64,000 nt of DNA from a virus: IMG/VR virus record IMGVR_UViG_3300049217_000117, positions 3,904 to 67,903 of that record; one strand, written 5' to 3'. Below, one piece after another: positions 10,074 to 19,353 of this stretch. The first letter of the stretch is position 1. Each line of letters opens with the position of its first letter. A program made the translations under genes and the position numbers. The notes under the pieces were generated by a model. That model made no database searches. It was not told the DNA's origin and was given only the letters and a program-made list of their open reading frames with translations.

Positions 10074-10268
10074 TTACCCCTTAACTGCCTGAGTTTCGGC
10101 GTCAATTTTTGCCTGTAGCTCTTCTTCTTTGGCTTTTTGGATTGCGATGTTATCTTCCAGACGCTTGATGTTTTCCTGGTATTCTTCAATACGCAGCTCA
10201 AGATCGTTACGAGCCACGGCGACCCTTAGCAATTCAACCCTGATTCGTTTAAGCTCTAGATTCGTCAT
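10074..10268 (-). CDS. small coiled-coil protein
   Basis: GAGG RBS; AATCTT motif upstream. Confidence 0.65.
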   Translation of the reverse strand: MTNLELKRIRVELLRVAVARNDLELRIEEYQENIKRLEDNIAIQKAKEEELQAKIDAETQAVKG

Positions 10269-10299
10269 ATACACCTCTAAGATTGTGGCTAGCCATCGA

Positions 10300-11187
10300 T
10301 TATGCGATTTCCAAGACTTGAATTCTTCCTTCAAAATCACCAACATATGGACTGTTATGAAGGACTTTTACAGTCACCTGATCCCCAGGGGCCAAGACCA
10401 CCCCGTCGCTGCCTCCGGTGATGAATTCGAAATACTCACTGAGCGAACTTCCGTAGAAAGTCCTGCGCGTGTCTATCTGCGCTGCGTTAATGAAAACGGT
10501 CCATTTTGCGATATTTTCGCCGGAAACCGAGATGCGTTGCAGGACGCCACTGGTTTTGATCAAAGGCAGCGTGTATTGAACGACGGTAGTCGTGGCCCCA
10601 GATACGACGGCGTTTGCTTCAGCATACCTATTTACCACGGTATTACCGGCCACCGGGGTGTTGATGATGTTAACGTTGATCGAACCATCGGCATTGGGCT
10701 CAATGGTGTTTCCATTGGTGCCGTGAATAACCACGTCGCCGATACTAATTGTGCCATCGAAAGCAATTGGAAGAGGGTTGTTGGCGTCGTAGAAATTGCC
10801 ATACTGATCGACAAAGATCACTCTGTCAGCTACGACGGGATCGGCTTCGTAGACAGCTCTGTAGTGGTCGTCAGGAGACGGATTAGCCTTCTTATCCTGC
10901 GATTCAGCGCCAATGACGGCTCCAGAGGCCACGGTCCAGGTGGAGATGTCCAAAGGCTTCCAGGAGGCTATATTGTTGTCTATAAGGCCAACCACGAGCG
11001 TGGTGGACGAAAGGACGCGTTTGACCTGGACAGGAAGGGTCGCACCGGCAGTGTTTTTGAGGTAGGCGGACTGTTTTACTCGGAAACCGGCAGTGTTAGC
11101 CAGAGTGATTTGGCCGAAGATGTTTCCATCAGCTGTAAAGGCTTGCGGGGACACCGCTGCCCAATTCTTCTCAAATGCCATGCCCAA
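10300..11187 (-). CDS. virion structural protein
   Basis: Beta-rich ORF in late operon. Confidence 0.6.
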   Translation of the reverse strand: MGMAFEKNWAAVSPQAFTADGNIFGQITLANTAGFRVKQSAYLKNTAGATLPVQVKRVLSSTTLVVGLIDNNIASWKPLDISTWTVASGAVIGAESQDKKANPSPDDHYRAVYEADPVVADRVIFVDQYGNFYDANNPLPIAFDGTISIGDVVIHGTNGNTIEPNADGSINVNIINTPVAGNTVVNRYAEANAVVSGATTTVVQYTLPLIKTSGVLQRISVSGENIAKWTVFINAAQIDTRRTFYGSSLSEYFEFITGGSDGVVLAPGDQVTVKVLHNSPYVGDFEGRIQVLEIA

Positions 11188-11250
11188 TCCTCTGAAATCC
11201 TTAGCCTTCTAAGGAAACCGTGCTAGCCATCTAGCTGGATACTATAAAGA

Positions 11251-11601
11251 TTACGGTTTCTTCAAGTAGTCCTTATTCAAGAAAGTCTTCAGTCTATGGC
11301 AATTTGCACACATTGTTTTGAGATTTGAAGGATCGTTATTCTCATGATTTCCGTCAATATGGTCAACATCTAGCTGACTTGGATGAACTGGAATAAAAGA
11401 ACAGATTTCGCAGCGGTCCTTTCTATATTTCAAGTAGGGACTTTTTCGAAGTCTTTTGATCGCACCTCTTTTTTGATCGTTTTTCCTAACACAAGTTTTA
11501 CACCACTGATGATGTCCGTCCTTTCTAGTCCTGTTTTTAGTGAAGGAAGAGAGGGGCTGTGGGTTAAATTCAGGACAATTTGGTCTTTGACAATTCTTCA
11601 T
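11251..11601 (-). CDS. HNH homing endonuclease
   Basis: LDVDHIDGNHENNDPSNLKTMCANCH. Confidence 0.85.
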   Translation of the reverse strand: MKNCQRPNCPEFNPQPLSSFTKNRTRKDGHHQWCKTCVRKNDQKRGAIKRLRKSPYLKYRKDRCEICSFIPVHPSQLDVDHIDGNHENNDPSNLKTMCANCHRLKTFLNKDYLKKP

Positions 11602-11634
11602 TTTATGAAGATTGTGGCTGGACTGGCTGGATTA

Positions 11635-11704
11635 TGGCTGCGCAGGTTGGACTCGAACCATTCTGGTTAACAGCCAGCCGCTCTACCATTGGAGCTACTG
11701 CGCA
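11635..11704 (-). tRNA. tRNA-Asn(GTT), shortened (70 nt)
   Basis: Acceptor TGCGCAG/CTGCGCA, CT-GTT-AA loop, encoded CCA; variable region missing. Confidence 0.75.
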
Positions 11705-11714
11705 TCGTAAATTT

Positions 11715-11789
11715 TGGTATTGCCTACGGGTATCGATCCCGTTTTCCCTGGGTGAAAGCCAGGCGTCCTAGCCAGTAGACGAAGGCAAT
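11715..11789 (-). tRNA. tRNA-Glu(TTC)
   Basis: Cloverleaf with CCTGG-CTTTCAC-CCAGG anticodon arm and CCA. Confidence 0.9.
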
Positions 11790-11791
11790 TC

Positions 11792-11877
11792 TGGTGCTCC
11801 CGGAAGGATTTGAACCTTCATGCCCTTGCGAGCGCTGCGTTCTAAGCGCAGTGTGTCTGCCTTTCCACCACGGGAGC
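11792..11877 (-). tRNA. tRNA-Leu(TAG)
   Basis: CTGCG-CTTAGAA-CGCAG, long variable arm, GGTTCAAATCC, CCA. Confidence 0.92.
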
Positions 11878-11883
11878 AAAAAT

Positions 11884-11960
11884 TGGTCAGGAGAGAGGGA
11901 TTCGGACCCTCATCAGCGGGTTCACAGCCTGCGGTTTTAGCCACTTAAACTATCTCCTAC
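11884..11960 (-). tRNA. tRNA-His(GTG)
   Basis: CTGTGAA anticodon loop, CCA; G-1 with A73; T-loop reads TCCGAAT. Confidence 0.85.
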
Positions 11961-11961
11961 T

Positions 11962-12037
11962 TGGCAGCGCGTCAGGGAATCGAACCCTATAGATTCCGGT
12001 TTCAAAGACCGTAGTTTTACCACTAAACTACCGCGCT
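11962..12037 (-). tRNA. tRNA-Gln(TTG)
   Basis: CGGT-CTTTGAA-ACCG, GGTTCGATTCC, CCA. Confidence 0.85.
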
Positions 12038-12120
12038 ATATCTTTTTCTCGATTCTGGGCCGTTGGCGTGGTCCGGTCGCCCGTTTAACCAAGGCGGAAA
12101 CCTTGGCACCTTTATCGAAG

Positions 12121-12206
12121 TCGAGGAGGAGGGAGTTGAGCCCCCGAGGCCCAATTAAGGACGACGGTTTTACAGACCGTTGTGACCAGCCGACAGTCAC
12201 CTCTCC
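12121..12206 (-). tRNA. tRNA-Tyr(GTA)-like, atypical acceptor stem and no encoded CCA
   Basis: ACGGT-CTGTAAA-ACCGT arm, long variable arm, T-arm GGGGG-CTCAACT-CCCTC. Confidence 0.6.
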
Positions 12207-12218
12207 AAGCTTGTTGAA

Positions 12219-12296
12219 TGGTATGGTAGGAGGGATTTGAACCCTCGACCCCTTGATCCCAAATCAAGTGCGCTGACCAGACTGCGCTACTACCAT
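12219..12296 (-). tRNA. tRNA-Pro(TGG)
   Basis: ATGGTAG/CTACCAT acceptor, TTTGGGA loop, CCA. Confidence 0.92.
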
Positions 12297-12320
12297 CTTG
12301 TTGTCGCTCTTGCGACGATC

Positions 12321-12563
12321 TTAAAATCTCTCCCTGCTTCCGCTTTTGATGTCGGATGCTTTTCGTTGATTGAGGTAATCCCTTTCTAGGTCATGCGCTT
12401 CATCCTTAGGTATACGCATAGACCCGACTTCGATCACCTTCCACCATTGGCCAGGGCAATCCTCTAGCGTGACGCTGAAGCCTACCTTCGCACCTCGTTC
12501 CTCGATCCATCCGACGGTTTGAGTATTGCCTGACTGTAAAACGCACTGTTTGTAAAATTCCAT
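12321..12563 (-). CDS. hypothetical protein, first gene of the tRNA operon
   Basis: GAGG RBS; 80 aa. Confidence 0.65.
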   Translation of the reverse strand: MEFYKQCVLQSGNTQTVGWIEERGAKVGFSVTLEDCPGQWWKVIEVGSMRIPKDEAHDLERDYLNQRKASDIKSGSRERF

Positions 12564-12585
12564 AAAACTTGACCTCTAGAAACGC

Positions 12586-12616
12586 AAAAAGCCCTCGGTC
12601 TTTCGACGGAGGGCTT
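12586..12616 (-). terminator. intrinsic terminator (attenuator)
   Basis: AAGCCCTCCGTC-GAAA-GACCGAGGGCTT followed by TTT on the minus strand. Confidence 0.85.
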
Positions 12617-12644
12617 GGTTCAATTCGAAATGGTGAACGCAGCC

Positions 12645-12704
12645 CTACATCAGAGGTTCCTCTTGGTTATTATCGAGATGTTGCGGGCGATAGTTCGTTT
12701 TCAT
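12645..12704 (-). CDS. leader peptide MKTNYRPQHLDNNQEEPLM
   Basis: 19-codon ORF between a promoter and the terminator; hand-translated. Confidence 0.75.
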   Translation of the reverse strand: MKTNYRPQHLDNNQEEPLM

Positions 12705-12710
12705 AAAATT

Positions 12711-12738
12711 ACTCTATCATAGAGATTAGGTCTTGCAA
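12711..12738 (-). promoter_or_regulatory. sigma70-like promoter for leader and tRNA operon
   Basis: TTGCAA-N16-TAGAGT with extended TG, 6 nt before the leader ATG. Confidence 0.55.
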
Positions 12739-12768
12739 CAAAATAATATCGTGTTAATCTTAGTAAGG

Positions 12769-13371
12769 ATGAAGAGATGCTCAAGATGTAAAGAAAACAA
12801 GGATACTGTGTTTTTTGGCAAAAGACCTGCTGCTAGGGATGGCTTTCGTTCGGAATGTAATACCTGCCGATATTTGTCGGAAAAATCAATTAAAGCTGCC
12901 TATAGGGCCAAAAACAAGAGTAAAATCAAGGAGTATAGATCTAAATATTATTCTAGTAATAAAATTGTGGAAAATGTCAAATCCAAAGAGTATAAGTCTT
13001 CAAAACAATTGGAGATAAGAGAATACAACAGGGAATACTCTAAGAAAAGATTAATCGAAGATCCTTTGTTTAGGCTCAGATCGAATATTAGAAAAAGAAT
13101 TAACAAAGAGTTGAGAAAGAGTAGATGGAATAAAAATAACTCTTTGAGTCATTATTTAGGATGCTCTTTGGAAGAGTTGAAAAAATATCTGGAATCTAAG
13201 TTTCAGCCAGGCATGACATGGGAAAACCACGGTTTGTACGGGTGGCACGTAGACCATATAGTGCCGCTATCAAAAGCAAAAAGTGAGAAAGAACTTTACG
13301 CTCTTTCTCACTTTTCAAATTTACAGCCTTTGTGGGCAGCGCAAAATCTCCTAAAAGGAGATAAAGTCTAG
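12769..13371 (+). CDS. HNH-type homing endonuclease (FQPGMTWEN family)
   Basis: FQPGMTWENHG..WHVDHIVPLS...NLQPLW. Confidence 0.8.
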   Translation: MKRCSRCKENKDTVFFGKRPAARDGFRSECNTCRYLSEKSIKAAYRAKNKSKIKEYRSKYYSSNKIVENVKSKEYKSSKQLEIREYNREYSKKRLIEDPLFRLRSNIRKRINKELRKSRWNKNNSLSHYLGCSLEELKKYLESKFQPGMTWENHGLYGWHVDHIVPLSKAKSEKELYALSHFSNLQPLWAAQNLLKGDKV

Positions 13372-13373
13372 CG

Positions 13374-13823
13374 TTATGGCAGACTTACGGCGCCTCCCTC
13401 GTCTTGATCTCCCGCCTCGTCGCTGAGTCTGAGGCCCGTATAATTGATCGTGATACGGCTCGTAGCGCGAGCATTGTGATTGCCATTGTACGAGTTAGGC
13501 ACGCACCCGATAGCCGTCAGAATGGTTTGGCCCGACTGACGATCAACGATCGCGAGGGTCACACCGTCCAGGGTCAGAAGATCCTGGAGTTTCGGAACTG
13601 CGGGAAGGACGTGAGGCCCTTGACCAACGACTCGGAAGCCACCACAAGAAATGGTAACTGCCTCGTAGGAGGTAGGAGTGATTTCGTCTGGGCTGTAACG
13701 GCCAAGAAGATGAATCGGCTCCGTACCGATGTTCATGTTGTACGTGCAGGTTTCATAGATCCCGACCAACTTGTTGTTGACGTAGATCTTTGCTCTTGCA
13801 CCGGTTAAAACTTTCGATGGCAT
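13374..13823 (-). CDS. tail tube protein
   Basis: 149 aa immediately downstream of the sheath; tube-like motifs. Confidence 0.75.
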   Translation of the reverse strand: MPSKVLTGARAKIYVNNKLVGIYETCTYNMNIGTEPIHLLGRYSPDEITPTSYEAVTISCGGFRVVGQGPHVLPAVPKLQDLLTLDGVTLAIVDRQSGQTILTAIGCVPNSYNGNHNARATSRITINYTGLRLSDEAGDQDEGGAVSLP

Positions 13824-13844
13824 ATGCTATCTCCTTATCCTAAA

Positions 13845-16196
13845 TTACGCAGCGCTCTGGACTTGGCTGATGTTGATGTTGATCGGGATGAAGTAGATCG
13901 CCGTTGCGAGCTTAATGTCAACCGAGACATCCATTTCAGGTCCATTGATTTCAATGTGCTGGTTCTTGTAACCAAGCGGTGCATCGTTGCTGGAAGCGAT
14001 GAGCTTGATCTTTTTATACCCGTCCATCTTTTGGGCGAGGTATGCGAGACCCGCAGCTGCATCCACGTCGGCAAGAGACTTACCAACGAAGTTGAGCTTG
14101 AAGCTCTGAGCCAGGTCGAGTGCCAACAGGTCCGAACCGTAAACGGCCTGGATGCTGTTGTAAACGAAGTTGGTATCGAGCCCGTAAGTCGTCTGGTCGC
14201 TGACCCAGTAGTTCCTGGTCGTATCTGCCGACAAGAACAAAAGGCCTGCGTTCAGAGCATCGCTGATGTCTGCCGGATCGCCAGAGTCGAACCCAGCTGG
14301 ATCGGTGAAGCTAATCACGTTTGCGGCTTTGTTTACGATGGCCTTGTAGAATCCACCTGCTTGCATACCTGCTGCAACACATGCGGTATACCAAGGCTGG
14401 AAGACAGTGATCACGCCAACAGAGTTGACCTGTGAAGCTTCCTGCATGGTCAGAGAGCAACGGTAGTTACCGAGCCCCTGAGCCTGCGCCTTTGCGTTCT
14501 CGTACGTGTCCAGAATGGACATGATTGCAGAGCGATTACGCTTGAGTTCAGGCGTGCTCATATTGATGCAATGGTTCTTCGTAGCAGCGTTAACTGCAGC
14601 GATCGTGTAGGTCGAGCTAGAGTCAGTCAGTCCGAGCAAGGTGTCATCAGCCGCATCCTGAGAGAACAGCGGGATGATGATGTTGCACTGAATAGCCTGA
14701 AGCTGAGCAAGAGCAGCAACGATATCAGCTGCGAGCGTAGCGCCTCGTGCTCCACCAGACAAGAAGACCGGAGAAGCCATCGGAGCCGGAAGGCCCGAAA
14801 GACCAGCAGGGCTGGTTGCTTCGAATTCCAGAGCAGAGTTGTTTGCAGCCGTGCTGAACGCAGAAGCGGCAGACTTCACTCGGCCAGGCATCAAGCCAGA
14901 GCCAGTCGAAGCAATGCCGATCGTGGTAACAACGTCGAGTGCGCTAGGCGCTTTCTGTTGACCAGCCGGGGTAGCAGCAGCCGTATAGCCGGTCTGCGAA
15001 TTGATGAACCCTGCGAGGTCAGCAACGGTCCTATACTGACTCATATCGATGGTCAGATTGGTTCCAGATCCACCGGTAACAGTCGTAGTCAGGCTGGTGC
15101 CAGAGATCGACAGAGTTGCCGTGGTTCCAAGATACCCGATCGTGAATGCGATTTGCGCGTTCACATCGATTGCCTGGCTGAGGCCGATATCAGGACGGAA
15201 CACGCCGATTTCAACACCCGGTTCAACAGAAGAGGTGTAGAGTCCTGCTGTCAGTCCGAGAGCGGATAGATCGCCAGGGGTAGAATCGAATAGTTCAAAG
15301 CTCTTGCCCCAGCCCTTACCATAAGCGCTTGAGTCAGCATCGATGGTCAAAGCGATAGAGGTAGGCGCGGCCCCAGCGGAAGCCGAGATACCTTCAGGGA
15401 GCTTTCTGCTGAAAGCCGAGAAGGTGATCGTAGCATCGCCAGTTCCAGTTGTCTTAGTCAGGGTACCAGAAGCCAGCGGAGCGCCAGTGCCAGAGCAGAG
15501 CAGCGTAGTACCAGCAACAATCGTAGCCAGGACCGTAAAGGTCTGACCGTTGTTGGTGTACGTTGCACCCGCCGTAGCGTTAGCAGAGGTAACCGTGAAG
15601 GTATACTCATTGAGTTCCTGAACCAAATGAGGAATCGTATCGTGGTCCCCGGCAGTTCCGCTCAGTGTAACAACCGTTTCCGCTCCGCCTTCTAGGCGAA
15701 TCGTGAAGCTGGTTCCGTTAAGAGGTGCGCCGAGTGCGGCAATTGTTCCACCAGATAGGGTCGGAGCAACTTCTGCAGCGATGGAAGTGATCTGGAAACT
15801 GTACTTGTTGCCAGGAACGCCCCAGTTCTTATCCATGAAGGTACCGTACAGGGTAGGAACCACAGCCGAAGCCTTGGTGCCCTGGTTGGTCTTAACGATA
15901 TAGATGAGGTTTGCCGAGCCAGTGATGTCGGTATCATTGGAAGGAGAGGCGAGCGCAGAGAATGCGTCAACGATCTGACCGCTGACATATTGCTGTTTCA
16001 CCTTGTTCAATTGATTTGGGCCGAAGCTGTTGTTCTTGAGAACAACGTTCTGGTAGCTATCGCCACCATCGGCTTCACCGAAAATGACGAGAATGCCGGA
16101 TGCCCCTAGGTTCGACGGAACAGACTGAACCGTGATGAACGGATATGCATCTGGGATGTTCGTATTGATTTGCGAAGTTACTAGTCTTTGAGACAT
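13845..16196 (-). CDS. tail sheath protein
   Basis: 783 aa; N-terminal P.AY...G...GG, LSGG, C-terminal IYFIPINI. Confidence 0.85.
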   Translation of the reverse strand: MSQRLVTSQINTNIPDAYPFITVQSVPSNLGASGILVIFGEADGGDSYQNVVLKNNSFGPNQLNKVKQQYVSGQIVDAFSALASPSNDTDITGSANLIYIVKTNQGTKASAVVPTLYGTFMDKNWGVPGNKYSFQITSIAAEVAPTLSGGTIAALGAPLNGTSFTIRLEGGAETVVTLSGTAGDHDTIPHLVQELNEYTFTVTSANATAGATYTNNGQTFTVLATIVAGTTLLCSGTGAPLASGTLTKTTGTGDATITFSAFSRKLPEGISASAGAAPTSIALTIDADSSAYGKGWGKSFELFDSTPGDLSALGLTAGLYTSSVEPGVEIGVFRPDIGLSQAIDVNAQIAFTIGYLGTTATLSISGTSLTTTVTGGSGTNLTIDMSQYRTVADLAGFINSQTGYTAAATPAGQQKAPSALDVVTTIGIASTGSGLMPGRVKSAASAFSTAANNSALEFEATSPAGLSGLPAPMASPVFLSGGARGATLAADIVAALAQLQAIQCNIIIPLFSQDAADDTLLGLTDSSSTYTIAAVNAATKNHCINMSTPELKRNRSAIMSILDTYENAKAQAQGLGNYRCSLTMQEASQVNSVGVITVFQPWYTACVAAGMQAGGFYKAIVNKAANVISFTDPAGFDSGDPADISDALNAGLLFLSADTTRNYWVSDQTTYGLDTNFVYNSIQAVYGSDLLALDLAQSFKLNFVGKSLADVDAAAGLAYLAQKMDGYKKIKLIASSNDAPLGYKNQHIEINGPEMDVSVDIKLATAIYFIPININISQVQSAA

Positions 16197-16207
16197 TTTC
16201 TTTCTCC

Positions 16208-16513
16208 TTAATTACCTAACTTTTTCAGTCCGAAGTGTTTGATACCTTCTTCGAACTTTTCCGGGGCATTAAGCTTTGCAGCTGTCAGATGCGTCCACAA
16301 AATTTCTTCCAGATTCTTGGGCTTGCCGTACTTGGCTCTTTCTTGGGCCCAGAAGATTCTGAACTTCTCTCTCTTTTCTCGATCGGAGAGGACAGGAGCC
16401 TTGGGCTTGTATTGCGAAACTCTATATGCCCTAGCTTCTTCGATCGTCATCGTTTCTTTCACGTTTGGTTCCTTTGCGCTGGATTCTTTCGCGCTGTATT
16501 CTTTTCTGGCCAT
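16208..16513 (-). CDS. hypothetical protein
   Basis: ORF in late operon. Confidence 0.65.
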   Translation of the reverse strand: MARKEYSAKESSAKEPNVKETMTIEEARAYRVSQYKPKAPVLSDREKREKFRIFWAQERAKYGKPKNLEEILWTHLTAAKLNAPEKFEEGIKHFGLKKLGN

Positions 16514-16515
16514 GA

Positions 16516-17181
16516 TTACACCGGTAGTCCTGGCTTTTTAGTGCGCTTGTGCTCCATCCTGCCGATAAATTTGGCTAGCTTGAGATGGCCCTTCATTTCG
16601 TCATATCCAGGAAGGTTCTTTCCGTCTTGACCAACTTGAGTAGGAGTCGTTCCTGCTAACTCGTTATTACCTTCCGCCTGTTCCTTAGGATTTTTCATAG
16701 GATTGGTTTGAGGGCGGAGTCTGTCTTGTTCGCTCTTTTGAACTTCTGGGTGCGAATGGCTCGCAGGAGACTCAGGACCAGCAGCATTGTGAGGGCACGA
16801 AGGTTCGACTTTATAGTCTGCGTCAGTTCTTTCTGATTCCTTTTCGTTCCTGCCTGCTTCCGGAAGCTTGTAACCGAGTTTCTTTGAATTTTCAGTTTCG
16901 TACTTGGCAAGCGCAGCTTCCACGGCATTCGGGCTCATTCCGCTTTTGATGAGATCCATCTTTGCTTTGGACTTGTTCCAGCTAGCGGGCTTGACGCCTT
17001 CCGCAACACAAACAGCATGCGCGTTATTCACGCCAGGGCTGTTTTCTTTGACATGCTCAACACAGCGATCGTGTTTGCTTTTCTCGGCCTTAGCAAACTC
17101 AGACTTTGCAAGCAGCTCTTGAGCTTTCTTCAAAACTGCTTGGGCTGCCTGTTTCGCCGTATAATGCTTTTCAAATGCCAT
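16516..17181 (-). CDS. hypothetical protein
   Basis: GAGG RBS; AATCTT upstream. Confidence 0.7.
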   Translation of the reverse strand: MAFEKHYTAKQAAQAVLKKAQELLAKSEFAKAEKSKHDRCVEHVKENSPGVNNAHAVCVAEGVKPASWNKSKAKMDLIKSGMSPNAVEAALAKYETENSKKLGYKLPEAGRNEKESERTDADYKVEPSCPHNAAGPESPASHSHPEVQKSEQDRLRPQTNPMKNPKEQAEGNNELAGTTPTQVGQDGKNLPGYDEMKGHLKLAKFIGRMEHKRTKKPGLPV

Positions 17182-17209
17182 ACTTAAACCTCGTGTTACA
17201 CTAGAAAGA

Positions 17210-17578
17210 TTAGGTCTGCCTATGTCTCTTCCCTAAAAAATCTCTGAGTTTACAAAGAGTTGGATGCTTAACTTCGGAAAATTCCTCAGGTTCCGACTTA
17301 AAGAACACAGAAGGTTTTGCCCCAGGACTAGGTAATTTCTTGGTTTTAGGGGTTTTTACTGATGGGATGCCCACTCTGGCAGGGTTGGGGATGGAAATGG
17401 ATTTCATGATTTTCTGGAACTCGACCATGTTCCCTTCTGATTTATGCCATGCGGCATTCACGGTAGCCCAATCCCGATCGGTAAAGTCTTCTACCTTTTT
17501 GCCGCGCTGCTTTGCTACGGAATGCTTGATGGCGTTCCATTTGTGCTCGTCTGCGGGTGTTTTGATGAATGCTGGCAT
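17210..17578 (-). CDS. hypothetical protein
   Basis: AATCTT-N6-ATG; P...KTPADE.KW motif. Confidence 0.65.
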   Translation of the reverse strand: MPAFIKTPADEHKWNAIKHSVAKQRGKKVEDFTDRDWATVNAAWHKSEGNMVEFQKIMKSISIPNPARVGIPSVKTPKTKKLPSPGAKPSVFFKSEPEEFSEVKHPTLCKLRDFLGKRHRQT

Positions 17579-17582
17579 AGGC

Positions 17583-18584
17583 TTAAGATTCTTCGTCTTC
17601 TTGCTTGGTTAGCCAGTTTTCTTCTGTGGGATCGATGGACGCAGGAGTGTTCAGGTTGCTGAGGATGTTAATTCCCCCAACAAAACCATTAGTTGTCTTT
17701 CTTTTCAAAGCAATGACTTCGATGACTCTGCGAGGAGACTTGATCCAATTATTTTCCGTCTGTCCGTTCAAGGTCAAAAATCTGACGAAAACCTTCTCGC
17801 CGCCGTCCGTGGTGAACGATTCGTCAAAGCCAGGTTCGCCGCTGCTGATAGTGCTTTCTGCGAAGCCGTTGGCCTCTAGCAGACTTTCCCTATAGCGTAG
17901 GATCGAATACTTAACAATACTCCACAAAAACAGTAGGTTCTGAGCATCGCCGTGAGCATGGCAGCCAATACGGTAGGTCTCGTCGAAATGGGACTTCTCG
18001 ATCCTGGCCTCATAGTATTGATACTGCGGGACGATCGCGAACTCAGCCGATGCGATTTCCATTCCCGGTTCGATAACGATGGTATTCGGTAGCAGCTCGT
18101 TGATAATGAAACCGTTGCCGTTAGCCGGATTGACGAGAATCATTCCCACTGACACTCCGCTCAGATCCAGGCTGGAATCGACGGTTAGGTAGCCGGTCTC
18201 GTCATCGTAGGATACCGGAGTAAACGGCTTCACTATGAAAGGAATTGGCTTGCCGATCTTATTGGGGAGAAGCAGAGTAGTCTCTGTAGACTGGTCCGCC
18301 ATCGTCTTCATTTCAGATTTTTCGTTGCTCGGACCAATTTGGATCGTCACGTAGGGCGGCTTGTCTTTATCGTCACGGCCACGCATCACAACTTCGATTT
18401 TGTTGTTCTTGATCCATTCTTTGCAGGCATCGACTTGCTTTTGACCGTACTTGTCGGTAAAGTAGGAAATGTTGACCAGATCGCTCAGCATATGATCAAT
18501 GAGCCACGGATTCTTACGCATATCTTCTATGCCAAGCTCGATCGCAGTCTTGATGATGATGTCGCCCTGAAAAATACCCGACAT
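17583..18584 (-). CDS. putative tail completion/neck protein
   Basis: Position between head and sheath genes. Confidence 0.5.
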   Translation of the reverse strand: MSGIFQGDIIIKTAIELGIEDMRKNPWLIDHMLSDLVNISYFTDKYGQKQVDACKEWIKNNKIEVVMRGRDDKDKPPYVTIQIGPSNEKSEMKTMADQSTETTLLLPNKIGKPIPFIVKPFTPVSYDDETGYLTVDSSLDLSGVSVGMILVNPANGNGFIINELLPNTIVIEPGMEIASAEFAIVPQYQYYEARIEKSHFDETYRIGCHAHGDAQNLLFLWSIVKYSILRYRESLLEANGFAESTISSGEPGFDESFTTDGGEKVFVRFLTLNGQTENNWIKSPRRVIEVIALKRKTTNGFVGGINILSNLNTPASIDPTEENWLTKQEDEES

Positions 18585-18585
18585 A

Positions 18586-19353
18586 TTACTTCCCGTACTT
18601 ATCCATTATCATCGGCAGGATAGTCTGCTCCCATTCGTTCTCTGCCCAAGCTTGTGCTCTATCCAAAAACTTCTTAGCGTCATAACCAGGGTGAAACCAT
18701 TTCCCTGCGCTCGCTGGTCCTCCGGATACGGTGCGAAAAGTCATTATATCACGGCGAACGTTGCCAGTTTGAGTAAGTGTTTGATATACAGAGACTCCTT
18801 GAAGTACAGGCGTGTTGCCCTTGCCTGGAATTTCGCTTCTGATATTGATCCTGTGCAGTAGTCCTAAGCGAGGGTTTCCGTTGGGATCATTTTCGATCTT
18901 CTTGAATGGAATTTTTTCTTTCTTGAGGGCAGTCCTGACTCTTTCTCTCAAGTTAAATTCGTAACCGGTCGCAGAAGTCTTACTCTTACCCTGGTCGAAA
19001 GGAATGACTTGGTATTTATACCCGTCTTTTGAGGTCTTCTTTGCGTTCTTCAGCAATCCAGGCTTCATGTCGAAGTTGGGCTCAATACCTTCTTCTATCC
19101 ACAGAGCCTCTTCGTCGATACTGACAACCCAAATGCCGGGAGCCACATCGTCCAGACCTACGTTCTTTTCGAACTTCAGGAATGTGGCAGATGTAAGCTC
19201 TTGCTCGGCCTGTTCAACGACGTGCGCCTTCGTAGCAGCGGCCAATCGTTGGACGCCCTTCATCAGGTCTTCTTTGATTTCGACTGCGTAGTTGCCAAAT
19301 TGCTTGGCCAACGAGTCTACGTCGATTTTAACCTTTAGGCTGTTGCTGCTCAT
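18586..19353 (-). CDS. putative neck protein
   Basis: IEEG...FDMKPGLL, TFRTVS, WFHPG motifs. Confidence 0.6.
   Translation of the reverse strand: MSSNSLKVKIDVDSLAKQFGNYAVEIKEDLMKGVQRLAAATKAHVVEQAEQELTSATFLKFEKNVGLDDVAPGIWVVSIDEEALWIEEGIEPNFDMKPGLLKNAKKTSKDGYKYQVIPFDQGKSKTSATGYEFNLRERVRTALKKEKIPFKKIENDPNGNPRLGLLHRINIRSEIPGKGNTPVLQGVSVYQTLTQTGNVRRDIMTFRTVSGGPASAGKWFHPGYDAKKFLDRAQAWAENEWEQTILPMIMDKYGK

Noticed and set aside
9192-11226. Long + strand ORFs (266 aa and 365 aa)
   Set aside because: Antisense shadows of structural genes.
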